DNA of 63,724 bases, counting the filler, from Phoronis australis (taxonomy: Eukaryota; Animalia; Phoronida), in assembly GCA_002633005.1 (NCBI GenBank). It is 7 parts of 7 records of this genome, joined end to end, with 100 filler letters (N's around TTAATTAATTAA, not from the genome) between each part and the next. Parts side by side here need not be neighbours in the genome. Positions count along the whole stretch, not along the records: positions 6,849 to 25,914 come from NMRA01000992.1; positions 26,015 to 28,711 come from NMRA01003485.1; positions 28,812 to 42,056 come from NMRA01001596.1; 4 more parts are not named here. One strand, 5' to 3'. This document shows, in pieces, positions 25,051 to 39,260 of the stretch (the first letter of the stretch is position 1; each line of letters starts with the position of its first letter). The notes beneath the pieces are model-generated. The model made no database searches, had not been told where the DNA came from, and saw only the letters and a list, made by a program, of their open reading frames with translations. Both the position numbers and the translations under genes were made by a program.

Positions 25051-28000
25051 CTGCAAAAGAAAGAAAATGTGAAAATTAAAAAAATTATCAATTTCAATTT
25101 GCAATGTAATTCTATTACCATTTCTATTAATAATTACATGAACGGTAATGCTGGTTCTCTATTTTGAGAACCTAGAGTTTCACCCACTGAAGCGAATAAC
25201 AGGCATCAGTGACTACCTGGTTATCAAAGACTTGAGTGACAAAAGGCTATTGCCTGTTCAACCAAAGACTTAGGCAATATCTGCAGAGAGTGTGGATGTG
25301 GATTGTGGAAGCCTTACATGCCATGACCCTGTATTGCCACTGCTCAACCAAGTTACTTTTTGATCAATGTATTGTACACTAAACAACAGTTATGGAAACT
25401 GTTACCTACGAATAATGCACTGGATAACGACACACTGCAATTGTCTCCTTCCAGTTTTTTTACCTAAATATGCAAATTAAAGGCTACCTGACCAAAACAA
25501 TAGTGACCTCGACATCAATTCTACAGTTACAGCCTCATTGCACAAGTATAATATATCGCAGAATAAACATGTTTATGAAAATAATACTACACTGTACATG
25601 CCCAACACCTAAATGGCAGTTCACAGACTGAAACACTGTAAAACAGTAAGGCAGGTTAACCAGGTATTACGCACAGGCGTCCTCAGCTTCTGACCGTCCC
25701 CAATACACTACATATAATACTACAAGGTATGACACTTCGGACTTGAAATTCCACGGGTGCTTCACTTCAGCCGTCCATAGCAAACATAAAACTCAATAAA
25801 TTTGCACAAAACAGGGGTTCAACAAACCATGAAGAATTGTTCTTTCTCCCAATACCATTCACGGTGTCCTGTTACGGCGACTTCGTAAGAAATTCGCAGT
25901 CAAAGAACAAAAATNNNNNNNNNNNNNNNNNNNNNNNNNNNNNNNNNNNNNNNNNNNNTTAATTAATTAANNNNNNNNNNNNNNNNNNNNNNNNNNNNNN
26001 NNNNNNNNNNNNNNGTTTTAGTGAGTTTACTATCAGTAGTTTTTTTTCGTTGATATTAGTGGCATTCCATATTTGTCGCATCGGTGTAATCGCAACTCCT
26101 TTATAGTATTTTTATTCATTGGGCATTGCTGTTGAAAGTCTAGACATTATCTGACGAAACTCCGGAAGATCTTTCTCTCCGCTAGTTAAACTTTGTCCAA
26201 TAAAACAACAGGATGCACATAATGAATAATATTTTAGATTACGAGTAACCACAAAAAATGTAAAAAATTGTCAAAATTCGGAGCATCAGTCAATAAAACT
26301 TGAAGGTAGAGGGAGTTGTAGAATATTTTTTCAAAATATTTCACTTTTGAGTAATGTATGGCCTACCATCAATACGTGGACCTTTTTGATTGTTCCAAAA
26401 ATATTGATTATCATTGTTAAAATTTCATGAAGTACTGGAAAAAAATAAATTAATTCAAGTCTGTATTTCGCCTGTTTTGCTAGCTATGATATAAAAATCG
26501 AATTAGGCCTTTTACTCTCATCAAGTCGGTTTGATAATATTCCTTGCCGTGAAAGGAGTCTATTTCCGTCAACTCAAACCACAAGCAACGCCTACGTGCT
26601 CCATTTACGAATTCAAAACTTTAAAGTTAACGAACCTCAATCAAGTTTGAAGCATTTTTGGTTGTTTCGATGCTCTTGTTAGTTACGGAAAATAGAAGTA
26701 TACCATGGCAAGGAATATTATGGGACTCAGTGGTTTTATGAGAGTAAGTGGTTTGATTAGACTTTAGTTTTTAGCTAGCTAAAGAGGACGAAATGCAACT
26801 TTGAAATAAATAATGTTGGTTGACTCGGATACGCTTTTCGTAAGTAGATTTTCGCTATAATTTACGAAAAAGACTGTCGCGCGCCCAAACCAGTGGTGCA
26901 AAATCCGTTTTTCTGCTTCCAGTTTTAGGGAAAATAGTTTACGCCCATTACAAAACACAACTGGAACATTTAATCGTTTAATATATAAATGATTAACTTT
27001 AAATCAAAAAGGCAATTTGGCAAGGTTTGACAATAAATGAATCTCGTTTTATACTTAGTCATTGTTACACGCTGTGAATGCATTGTTGCCCCGACACAAG
27101 TGACTACGGTTAATATTAGGAAAAGCTTCAGTCACAATCTATGATACGACAAACATTACCACGTTTGAAAAATGTCAGAACAATTAATCCCATGATTTAC
27201 AAGAGCATTATCGCTCACTGTTGTGACAGTTGGTAAGAAATTTACTGACATTTCCTGTCATCAGATAGAGCAATTTCCCGAAGTTACGAGAACATGTTCT
27301 ACTGACTGTACATTCTGTGTGTAGATGATATGCTGTATAATGTTTAGGTCTATGACGTGGAGCTGCTTTGGTACAAGATGTGACATCGGCGGCGACCGCG
27401 GAGGGAACGGGCGGATGGCGGTGATATTCTTCGCTACCCCAATAATATACCGACAATGGAAAATGTAAAACAAAAACACTTTACCGACTAACTTTCCTAT
27501 CTGATTCTCAGATTAATGTGAGTCGGGCGAGGGGAAAGAAATAATTATACTTATAGGTCATCCTTATTTTTTAATTCAACGTTTGCTTTTTATTTGTGAG
27601 TGACGGCTACTATCTTATTTTTATTCTATATTACGATGAAGAAAACTTTGTAATCCCTATTACGTCGACAGCTTTTTGGTAGTCATTTTCAAATTTTATT
27701 CACTAAAAGTTGTATATGCTTTAAAAAGGCTGAATATGAACATGTTTTTTGAAAAAAAATATTTATGAATGCAGGCATACTGAATCTTTCTAGTTTGTCT
27801 AGTTTCAGAGGAATGGAGCCTCGGAATAGATACTCAGTTTATATTTGACGCCCGGGGGCCTGTCTGTGTGAGAATACATCATATAACATAGACACGTGAA
27901 TCAAAAAAAACGGTTGGTTCTGATCTGAATCCGACAAATTTTGAGACCTGCGCTCACCGATTAAAAAATGGAAAAATGCCCGTCAGTACCAATCTCCGCT

Positions 28001-28934
28001 AAAGTATTGTGGTTTTTTTTGTGTTTTTTTTTAGTGAAAATCTGCACAAAAGCCCGCGGCAAGCCAAGCAAGCTCAAGAAATCCTGCATCAGTTTTACCC
28101 GTCGTGGGTGAATTTTCGTGCTTGAAGAAGTGAACAACTAAAATATACAGCGCCTCGAACTCCGCTGAAACATACTACAACCACCCATACATTTTTTAAC
28201 TTATCTTTTGTTGAACCGGGCATCTACACTTTATGTACTAGAGTGACATAGGAGTTACACAGAGTTGAACCAATAACCTGGACAATGTTTCGCGACTAAT
28301 TTATGATAATAACCATGTAGCCAGATAACTTTATCAGAAATTCTTATCAGCAACAACCTATATCCTTCCCGGCCGGCTAAGTCACAGGTTTTAAATTTTG
28401 CTAGCCGGAAGCCTACTAGTACTACTTGCATATATACACAAGACACGTACTGAGCTGAAACCACTTGCAAAGACTCCCTCGTAGACGAGTTCATCACTTT
28501 TGAAATGTGTATTTTTGTGAATAATCTGGTCAACCAAACCACTTTATTGGTACATTTTTGTATTGGTTCAGACACTTCAGGAAACAATGTTTACATAATC
28601 GCTGCTATCACTCTGTGCAAATAGCAACAACACGATGCGCTCAGCTGTCGACCTTTGAAATTCAACGCCGTTGCCTAGCGATGTCAACAAAGGCTGTGTT
28701 GTAATCTTTGANNNNNNNNNNNNNNNNNNNNNNNNNNNNNNNNNNNNNNNNNNNNTTAATTAATTAANNNNNNNNNNNNNNNNNNNNNNNNNNNNNNNNN
28801 NNNNNNNNNNNGAACATTGTTATTTTGTGAAAAGGGACACCACAAAGTAGTAGTGATATTACCAACACAGAGCTCAAAATACTTACATTGTACAGTAATT
28901 AATCCATAAAGCCTACAAACAAACTAATCCTTAC

Positions 28935-31900
28935 CATTTTTTCAGACTCTGGTAACCCAAGTAAGCGTTTCCGTCCTTCGTCAATGTCACATATTCGACC
29001 AATAGCAAAGGCTGCATTCATCCCTTTGCCTAGACACCAGAAAACATAATTCAGTATCAAGCCGATCTCTGCCTGTTCTCCATCTATGACAACAAACAAC
29101 ATCAAGGACAAGGTAAAAATGCTCTAACTGTAAAGTAAAATAAAGTTTGCAACCATTATTTACTGCCAAACTCATCGCGTAAGATGTAGTTCATGTTTTT
29201 CGACTCGAGTCCCAACTTTACTAACTGAAATCTTAATTATCAAACCTCATTGGGTAGCTAATAGCATAATGGTGCATTATGGGTGAACACAGAGTGTAAA
29301 CATCTACTAGGCTAATTTCAATTGCTGATATTCAACATTTATGAAAGTGATTGTCATGACTGAAATTATGCACTAGAAGTGAAGACTAAAAATCTGTGAA
29401 TTTCTCATGAGAAAATGATTTAAGATGAATGGTATTTATCGTAGCATTAAAAAAACAAAATTTTATTACTATTAATGGAATTGCATATATTTGAATGTAT
29501 AAATTATTATCTATGCAATAAAAACCAAGGCTGAAGCAAAAACAGATATACAAAAGATTTATTTAGTCAAGCACAGAATGCTGCAACGTTTTGTAAGTGC
29601 CACTTAATTGTAATGGACATATTTATCACTCCGTAGTGAACACACCAACGGTCAAATCTCACAAATTTATAACACAATATGGTGAACAACAAAAATGTTA
29701 TTTTCCTCATTTTTTCTGTACGTTAATGATTTTCCATATTCAGGTTCTGTACCAAGATAGGTACTATCAGGTAGTTTTTGGAATATCTGTGGATATTCGC
29801 AATAATATTAGAAGCCCTTGAAAAATAAAAAGGGCAACTTTAGCGATTATTTTTATCTGAAATAGGTGAGATTTTAGCGTCACTCTTTGCAAAGTGCATT
29901 CTAAATTCCCTTTTGCTTGAGCATAACGTTTTACAAAACAGAGAAAACTTAAAAACATTGCAAAAAACCTCAACTTGGTTTATAATTGTGCTGATATAAA
30001 TCAGCATGTCGATACAGTACAAGTAAGAATTATTAGTCTTCGTACACACTGTTGGCCATATTGCATGACAATTGGCAGAAAGTGCCACGTTCATACCCGT
30101 CGCAATCTTTTCAGACTTGACTTTAGGACACATGAAGTGACCAATATATGGCATGTAAGAAGATTAATAACTTTTTTTTGTTGTTTCTTCTTTGAAACAT
30201 TAAATGTTTTTTACTCATGAAATAATCAACCTGCTTCATCGACTCCTAGTGACCCCACCAGCCTAGTGAGAATGTGACTTGAAAGTTCATGGCTGAGCAG
30301 CTTGCAACATCCCTCCTCAGCAATAGTGATTCTGTAGGAAATAAGTCAGTGTACAGTAAGATGCATATTACACACCAGGCACTGCACATTATGTATATGA
30401 CACCTGACGGGCGGTATTTTTAATAAGATTTAACAAATTGTTGCTGAGGATGTTTAGACTTAGTAAGTGGGCGAACACCTTCAACAAAATAAAAAATTGA
30501 ATTAATGAAAATAGGTCTGAAATTGTTCACTTTAGAATTGTGAGGAACTTTCAATGAAAAGATGTCAATCATATGTTTTGAATATATGTCAAGCACTCTT
30601 ACTAACACTTAGATTTGCGTTAAAGCATGCACTACATATTACACTCTAACAAAACATTGGCTGACAATCAACAAGATACTGACAACTAAACTCTTAAAAA
30701 AGTCAATTGAATGAACAACTGCAAACACTCATTACTAAGGAAAAAAATATTCAACGAAGAATCGTGACTTCAAAAAGTAAAAAAATGATTATAGAACATC
30801 TTAAAAATAATTGGACAAGATTGCAGTCCTATGTGTCAACTTGGCTTACAAATGAAGGGGAGTGACACGTCATATCTAATAACAATCCCACAGCATTAGC
30901 TTCCAATTTAATTCCCAGATATTTCTGACCATAGCAAATTAATACTAAAGCAATAAATTGCATTTACTAGCACCGAGCCAACAAATTCTACATCATTTAG
31001 TCATGGTGCATGGTGCATACTGCAGATACAAGAGATAACAGGACTATATTCACCTGGCTAGAACAAGAGCCGCATTGCTTGCTGTCCATTGGTTGTCATT
31101 AGTCAGCAGGTTTGTCACATTGATGATGGTCTGTGCAAAACACGGCTCTGCTAACATCCACGTACGTCCCTCTGGTGATTCAGCCTGAGAACAAAACAAA
31201 GTTGACAGACATGAAGCAAGCCAAATAGATTGCATGTGGTTAGGTAACTAAGCTACAACAGAAGGATTGATTACACTCACCACTTGATAGGATAAAAATC
31301 AAAGTTTCAATTTATTAAGCCACAAGCAGCATCATATTTGAAAACTTGTGTTTTGATATTGACACCTTGTTAGAGAAATTAACAAGGGCAGTTTACACAG
31401 AGGTTTAAATTTTACCTGGTAAATACCATGAATCAATAATTGCTTGAAGAGATTGACTCATCACGTCAAAACTAATTTAATGCAGCAGTTTGAGAGTTTA
31501 ATATTTGATGTGACCTAACTAGTGCAGCATAGCTCCTTAAAACACATGCATTACAGAAACTGACAGAAACAAAACAAAGCGACATTATCCATGGCTTGGA
31601 ATGACCAATGTCAAAAATGAGGAAAATTTTACAGGTGATATATCGTTCCACAAATAGGCTTGTGTAATAGAAACATCTGTTGTGATGTGAAATTCAACTG
31701 AGATAAGGTTTTTGTATGAATAATCTAAATAACGATCATGAAAAAGAGATCAAAAATAGGAAGCTGGAAATCAAATAAAAGGAAGTCAAAAACCAAACAA
31801 AGGAATCATCTTAAAGAGGAAAAGTCCAAGCCCTGATTATAGGTGAGGAAAGTGGTTTGATGAGATTATCTTCAGCACAGATACGAACCTTGAAACTTCA

Positions 31901-33123
31901 CAGTTCAGTCAAATGCTTTGCTATTAAGTTAAATCCCACTCAATACTAGTAAATGTGAGAGTAGTTTAAGTGTAAGTAACTAGTGAAGGAATTGATTACA
32001 GCGAATGTCTGGCAGACAATATGAATTAACGCAACTGCAAAAAGGAATGCATTTTGTTGTGTTATAACTCTGGCCAAAGGAAACAACTTCAAAAGTCCAT
32101 ACTATCTAACAATAATACCAGTGATGCCTTTTTGTGCCCTACACTGACAAATGTCCCCTTAAATAACTCACCAGCAAGCCAGCCACCTATTTTCAAAATA
32201 TAGCTAAGAACTAATTGTATGTTAAGCTCCAATAAACCTCGAAATTTCACACAGCCCGTGTAGTTCTGCAAGTCACCTTGTTGTAAAACTAATGTCAGCA
32301 TGTAGAGCTAATGACCAGTGGGGGTGCACCCAAAATCTGCCAGCAACCGACACTCAGCATGCCCGTTGCAGCCATTTAAGCAATAAACAATCTAAGCAAT
32401 GTCATTTTCTTGACAATTTTCTGCCTTTAGAAACAAAGAAAAGTCTATCATTGTTTTGAAAACAGTAAGCCTGTGACACACGCACGCACCATTTCCAACT
32501 TTTTGCGACATCTCTTAGAAGATGAAGGGAGCTTCGCAGCAGCAAAGTTTATTCCGAAATTTGGTCTGCTGGTATTAAAATGATAAAATCTTACAATGAA
32601 ATGAAACCAGTTCCCATAGTTGGTTGTAACATGTACGCAACTTCATGGAAGAACACTTGGTTGATTGAAGAATCGGTGAAAAAAGAACCTGGCGAGGTGA
32701 TGGTGTATTTCACAGCGTCGAAAGCTGAATCACATGATCGCTCCACACCTCAAGCAGCAGAATAACACTTGAGACCCAATTTTTCTAAAACCGGACAATA
32801 ATTTACTTTACTCAAAAAGCAGTGTAATTTTTAATGACACTAGTTTTGTGTCAGATTTTATTTGGTCATTTTTTTACCCACACTGGAGGAAGCTGTATAA
32901 TTATTTTGTGAACAGCTTTGCACCAAGGCTACTCACCAGCGTACCCATGGTCCCGGCAGCATTCATCACAGACTCTGCATCTTCAAAGGTCAACATCTCC
33001 GTGAGGTCGCGGAGGATCTTGCGAGCCTCAGCATGCCGTGAGTTGGTCAAGGCAATGACTCTCAAGCTGCCTACTTCACTCTCAGCAATAGTGCCCAAGA
33101 TGTAGGCCGAGTTTCCAGCAACT
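28935..33123 (-). CDS. Armadillo/HEAT-like repeat protein, partial (four internal exons)
   Basis: Phase-compatible GT-AG exons 33123-32937 (VAGNSAYILGTIAESEVG..VMNAAGTMGTL), 31184-31054 (AESPEGR..WTASNAALVLAR), 30331-30231 (ITIAEEGCCKLL..GVDEAG) and 29029-28935 (KGMNAAFAIGRICDIDEGRKRLL..). N-[AS]-A-x-x-[LIM]-[GA]-x-[LI]...EG helical units recur about every 45 aa. Confidence 0.85.
31590..31835. mobile_element. ~245-bp MITE with CAGGGCTTGGAA-type TIRs, copy 2
   Basis: CATGGCTTGGAAT..GTCCAAGCCCTG; flanks ATTATC/ATTATA; colinear with 16550-16788. Confidence 0.75.
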
Positions 33124-33188
33124 CTGAAAATGAAAGGGACTCTGAAGTTTACTTTTGGAGAATCATTTCAAATACTACAATTTTAAAA

Positions 33189-33281
33189 TATTACTTGAAG
33201 TGGCAGGAAACTCTCCATATAATTACTTGAAGTGGCAGGAAACTCCATATATCACTAGAAGTAGCAGGAAACTGTCCATAT
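33189..33281. repeat. Short tandem repeat, ~31 bp x3
   Basis: ATTACTTGAAGTGGCAGGAAACTC(TC)CATATA units. Confidence 0.85.
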
Positions 33282-36170
33282 AACATCACAAACACATTTT
33301 TTATTTGGAGCACTTATTGTTACAAAAATGTTTTCTCAGTTGTTTTCTTAATAGTAACTTTAGAAGTGATATCAGAGCTTCAAAAGATTTCAATTTCTTG
33401 AAGCTAAGTTCACTTCAAACCAGCATCAGTGTGACTTACTACCAGTCACTTCCTTTTTGCAGCCTTCTACACACCAAGCTAGTCTTTGTACGGAAAACTT
33501 ATAACTTAGATTAAATCCCAAAAATTATATGCCCAAAAATGTATACTGAACTGTTCATCCAAAACTCATTGCCGAGGAAAGAGGCACATGGATTTATATT
33601 GTGGATGAAACTGGAGTAAAATTACCATTACTAATCAAGGAGTTCAGCAAACATCAGGAACACATGGAAACAAAGATGTTGACTAAATTGAAACCTGAGT
33701 AGTACAGGACCACACTTTCAAACTATCATCAGTTTCACAGTATATCCTCAAAAAATGGTTAGTGCTGATGAAGAGGTGACAGGAGCCTCATGCGGTGTTA
33801 TCAAAGTGCACAACTCAAGATTACAGTGCAAACAACTGTCAGGTTCAAAAATTAATAGTGGTGGTATTTTTACACCCTGGCATGACATATCAGCTCTGAA
33901 CTAAAAAAACTTGATGTGGCCAACTGGGCTCGTATTATCTCTTAGTCTGAGTTGGCCATCCCTTTAATCATATGAGCGACTAATTCCTCTAATGACAGAA
34001 CATTCTTCAGTATGAAATTATAGTGGATATGTTATGCTTTAAAAAACAACATCCACTAAAAATAAGTGCTACACAATACATCTATATGCATTACTGGGAC
34101 AACATGATGGGCAACAAATAAGGTATTCAGGTACATGTAGGAGGAGCAACTTGTTAAGGGAAATAACAGAAATAACAAGACACAAACTGTTTTGTTCATG
34201 TAGCACTGAGATACAATAAAGGTGTCCACATTTTGAGACCTTTCATCTACCTCAATAATGAGCATCAAACTTGTTCTTATAATGTGGGGACATTACATAA
34301 CACTACCACTACCATTGTCAAGGGGATTAACGTCTCTTACATGACAAAATATTTATTTATCTGATAAGCAAGGTATTCATGTATCATCCAAATTGGAACC
34401 CCAGAGTAAAAAAGATATCCTGCAGTAGAAAACACACCCCGGCACCTTCAAAACAGCTAAGCAGCTCGAAAAATATGAACCCTGACCTTTTGAACAGGAA
34501 CCCAGGGGACAGGACTCATTTCGAAAGTACACCACTTCCCCACTTTCAGTCAAACATTGTTTATCCAAAGAAAAAAGAACTTTAGTACTTTTAAAGTGCT
34601 TGAAAACAGAGTCAGTGTCACATAATCGACTGGCCCTTGCAGATGGGTAACGATGAACGATGATGAATACAAAATCCCCCACTTGCACTGACGCATGTGG
34701 AGGCTAACATCAAGTCAAAACACTATATCTTACTACGTCAATGAAATTTATAAATAATGACACACTTGTGACAAAATATTATTTCCATTATGTGTATCGA
34801 CACAGTGAACATCTTAGTGCCACTGGTCACTTAAGGTTGTAGACCACACAGTCATTCTTTTCAAGAGGAATTTTGGTTTTAATTAATGGTCAAGATTAAT
34901 TATTCTCTTTGAAACAGGGAAAAATCTCTTCAAGCAAAACTTAACAATAATCTGCAATTTCTGACTAACCATAACCTCAACTTAATACAGTTGATATGAA
35001 TGCAAAGATAGGCTGCGTTACAATATCAACAAAATAGTTTTCTGCAAACTGCAGAGGTTTTCAAAACAAACAAGAAGTCATAATTTGAAGTACAAAAACA
35101 GCAACGGTTCAACAACTAAGAACATGTTTCAATTTGGGCAAAATCTCAACAAATGTTTCACCCACATTGTCAAAATCACAACTTGTCTAGCCTAAGGTTG
35201 TCTATTCACAGACAAATAGAGGCTAGGAGCAACAGCATCACATTGAATTCTGACTAAAGTTCTAAAAAGTACAATTTTATAGTGACAAGGGTTCAACAAA
35301 ACTGACAAATAAATTTGCCAAAAAACTGTTCAAGTCTAACAGAGTTCTGTTTTTAAAGAAAAAAGTTGTCGATCAAATGAAAAAAACACACAGTATTATA
35401 ATCTTGAAGCAAACCCAATTATTTTCAGATTTAAAACAGTTTTGTTACAAGTAGCTACCAATATTCACGCTTCTTTATCTGTAATTCCCATGTTGGAGCT
35501 TTAGCAAACTACCATTTTGCCCCAAAGCTTAATTCCAAACTTGCAAAAATTAATTAGCGGCTGGCCGAAATCAGTTGAAAATCTGTGACAAATATTTGTC
35601 CGTTCTAAGGTCACATAAAGTTGTTTGTTACCCACCAGTTTACCAAGTGTACCTTAAATACACAAAAAGCATATTAATAGGTCAACCAAAATCTTTACGA
35701 AAACAAAATCACAACATTTCTATTGAATTGCTTTCCCTCCACTGGTGAACAGAAGGTGGTTGTACAGACTATTGTCACAATAAGATTTGCAGGCACAGAT
35801 GACAAAATGGTAGAAGCCTTGGAAAAATGAAAACGGGGCAAATCTGACGCATACTTTTGTCCAAAATTGATGAGATTTTGCTGAATTATATAGGAAACTG
35901 GTAGTTTAGTAATGACGCGATACAAATTTCTTAAGACTTTTTGCCTCTAGAATATATCTATAGAACATTTTTCACTTTCATACCTTGCAGACAACTTGCA
36001 TATGTCATTGGTGGTTGGTCATGCTCAGTTGCAGTGGCAAGGTTACATCGTAACTGGCGTCACGCTAACCCTTGAGAAGCATTCATTTCGCATTCATTTC
36101 GATACACAGTAATATTTCTCAAATTAGGAACAATGAAAAACTAATTATTATATACTGCCATCCCAAATTC

Positions 36171-36630
36171 AACAAGAGCAACACAGAGTGTTGAAATGCG
36201 CTCAAGACTGTACTGCAAATGGTGCCCATCTAGCGATGTTCATTAGAGTCATAAGAATGGCCATTAGAAGGCACAGAATACATGGAACCCATTCAAAAAT
36301 GGGAAGGTGTCGTCGTCTCTCAAAGCTATTTGCCAAATTTTATAAAAATCCTTCAAAGAACACCAAGGATATAAAGACGAACACAACAAAACAAAATTCC
36401 ATTACTCCATTAGGAACCACAACAGTAGTCAAATCCGTCCAGATGTTGTCAAGTTAATAGGGTTTAGGAGACGGTCGTAGATGAGGCAAAAATGTCACTA
36501 GGGAACACAACAGAACTTAGACCAATCTGAAAATCCACGTCAGTCATTCTGTCAGTAGGAACACATCACCCAATTTTCATAATTATACGCTGCGTGGTTT
36601 GGCACATATAGAAGCAGGCAACAAAAAAGA
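36171..36630 (+). mobile_element. Truncated, older relative of the 18.7-20.0 kb element
   Basis: Start AACAAGAGCAACACAGAGTGTTGAAATGCGC resembles AACGAGCAACGCGGAGCGGTGAAATGAGC; similar internal units (CAGTAGTCAAATCCGTC, CCAATTTTCATAATTAT). Confidence 0.55.
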
Positions 36631-38700
36631 TTAAAGAATAATAAACAAAGCACTCTAATTACCTAGGGACAAAGGAGAGTTCTGTGGCTATGTAACTGAG
36701 TATGACCCTAATATGAAATGTTACCATAAAATTTTGAAAAAATATGTTTTTTCAGTAATAATCTAAAACCTGATTGTGGATTGCGGAAGTGCAAACTTGA
36801 AAATTCTTGACAAAGAAAAAATGACATCTAATTGTGGATACTTTTTAATTTCAAACTTTAAGAGTTTTTTAAAATCTGTAAAATTCTTTGCTTACATCAG
36901 TCTGCCAGAAAATGCACAAAATTTAAGGAAAATTGTAAAGTCAGTTGGCATGAAGGTCAGAGGTCTAAATCATGAAAATATAGTTTTTGTGACGGACGTG
37001 TAGCAGATTTTTATCAGCCTTAAATGTATTAGGTTATCTCAAACCTAATTTAGTCGCCTCAGTTCGAGCTTGTATTTCAAAAAACAGGCTTTGACAAATA
37101 GTAAAACTACGTAATTATTTTCTGAAAAAAGATCAGGGATTATAAAAATATATTTTATTTTTGTATGTCATTAATATCCTTACAATAACACCTTCTTAAG
37201 TGAAATTTTCATTTTTTAAGAAAGGTACATTCATAGCAAAAAAGCCTCAGTTGAGTTTTATGAAACCTTTTTTAAATTAAAATTTCACCAATTACCTCAA
37301 AAACGCTGTTAGGAATTTTCAGTTAGTCTCTTAGTTTGGTTTCTATGACAAATCAACTCACAAAATGTAAGTTATTTTGGTAAAAAATACCATTCGTATT
37401 CATTTCTGTTACATTACACAAAAACTAGGCCTTTAGATCAATAATTCTAACAGCATTTGTGAGACTGGAGAATAAATAATAAGTTTGGAAAGTTTCAGCG
37501 AAATCTACAGAGCCATTTCCAAGAACTTACATTTATATTTTGTAATTAGTTATGTACATTTATTGGCTACTAGCACAAATGCTAAATGTTGTACCATGTT
37601 TTTTCATATTCTCATCGATTTTTCACATTCTCATCGATGCAAAATAAATGCAGTTTTATATAGTTGCTTAATTAATTAATTTAGTTGCCTTGGCTAAAAG
37701 CTTGAGTAGTCATTTGAAATCAATTATCGAATTATACAATTTACAACCTTGGGACCAGATACTAGAGAAGATAACAACAGNTTCACGGCTTGTGATAACC
37801 ACAAAATATTTCAACAGGCGTCCCATGAGTTATGCTGCAACAAGCACAAAAGTGAGTGGAGACTGTGACCAGGCCACTGACACAGTTTGCAAAATGTAGC
37901 ATGTGAAGACATCGGGAAAAGTGTTGTAAGATTCAAGTCCCTTGGACCTTTTTCTCATGAACTGGCAAGGTGTTGATTAAATTGTATCCTCATGCATGGT
38001 TTGCAACATGTAGCCCTCAGCTGGATAGATGCTACAGCACACCCCAACAGTTTCTCTACAACTCTCATCTAGTGTAGTTTAAATGGTCTGTAGCCGAAAT
38101 ACAGTCACCAAATAAGTGGTTTCATCTCATCAAAACTACATTTTACACCTTAAACTGTCCCTTAAAAAGCACTTATTTTCTTCAGCGATCCTGGTTCTAT
38201 ACATACATATCCTCGAAGAAGCATGCCAATTAGTAAATTAAGATGACGTTGGTGAAGAATTCTTACTTCACTTTTTTGGTCGCCATTAACCTTTTCAACT
38301 CGCATAATAACCACAGTGTATTTCAATTGACATCACGCAAGTTAGGCAACAACAAGCACGAGACTAAGCAAAGCACATGACCTGTGGTAAGACACTTGCA
38401 AAATGTAGCATAGGAAGATATACGGTGGCATTTGCAACATTTGTGCTCCTTGGACTTTTTGATTGTCAACTGGCATAATTTCGCGTAACTTACGCAAAAT
38501 GTCACGTGGTGAGGAAAGATTGAGTGAACCGCAACAGATTTTCAAAAACAAATTATGTTGACTAAATTATCTTCAGAGTTGTGGTATGTGTTAATTATAA
38601 TTCAATGTGCATGAATGGACGTTTTATTTGATGTTAAATATTCATAATATTTTGAGATGATTTACTTTTTATGTGGATAAACCTGCAGCATCCACAGGCA

Positions 38701-38845
38701 TAGACAATGACTACCATGTCAAGCAGGCATAGACAATGACTACCATCTCTAGCAGGCATAGACAATGACTACCATCTCTAGCAGGCATAGACAATGACTA
38801 CCATCTCTAGCAGGCATAGACAATGACTACCATGTCAAGCAGGCA
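38701..38845. repeat. 29-bp minisatellite, 5 copies
   Basis: TAGACAATGACTACCAT(GTCA|CTCT)AGCAGGCA starting at 38701, 38730, 38759, 38788 and 38817; variant order A,B,B,B,A. Confidence 0.95.
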
Positions 38846-39260
38846 CCAGTAGAGAGGCTAAAGCTCCTATAGGACCTTCATACGCCAGGAGCTTTTTGGA
38901 GATTTATGCCTCACACAGATCAAAACGTCAAAGCTGTTATAAGTACATTTTGCACACAGAGGGTCAGCTAAGGAGGCCGTTGATCCTTCTATTTCGAATC
39001 AATACTCCCATAATCAATTCTTTTTTGGGCAATCCTTTGTTCAGTTACCCAAATTGGAAAGTGGCCATTTTCCACAGTACACACTCATATTTAACCATGC
39101 CCACCAGGAGCGCGTGCAGTGTAAAAAATGGCCAGTTGCTGATTTGGGCAACTGAAGGAAGGATTGCTCAAAGAAAAAGTTTGATTACGGGAGTATTTGT
39201 TTGAGTTAGAATTAAAGACGGCGTCCTCCTAAGGTGTCCCTCTATGTGCAAAGGTACTTG
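38846..39260. mobile_element. Older, diverged foldback MITE related to the 40679-41844 TIRs
   Basis: ~38940-39082 and ~39114-39260 are imperfect inverted repeats, and both resemble the TIR body (e.g. TGTTATAA..TTTTGC..AGAGG..AGGAGG; AAAAAGTTTGAT..CGGGAGTATTTGTT). Confidence 0.7.

Noticed and set aside
27060-27479. Further THAP-like or coding remnant on the minus strand
   Set aside because: Too degenerate; no convincing motif spacing.
35856-35881. Possible 26-nt upstream micro-exon of the ARM gene
   Set aside because: AG/GT borders and phase fit, but it is too short to support without transcripts.
38701-38845. CRISPR-like 29-bp repeats
   Set aside because: Units are head to tail with no unique spacers, there are no cas genes, and the context is eukaryotic.
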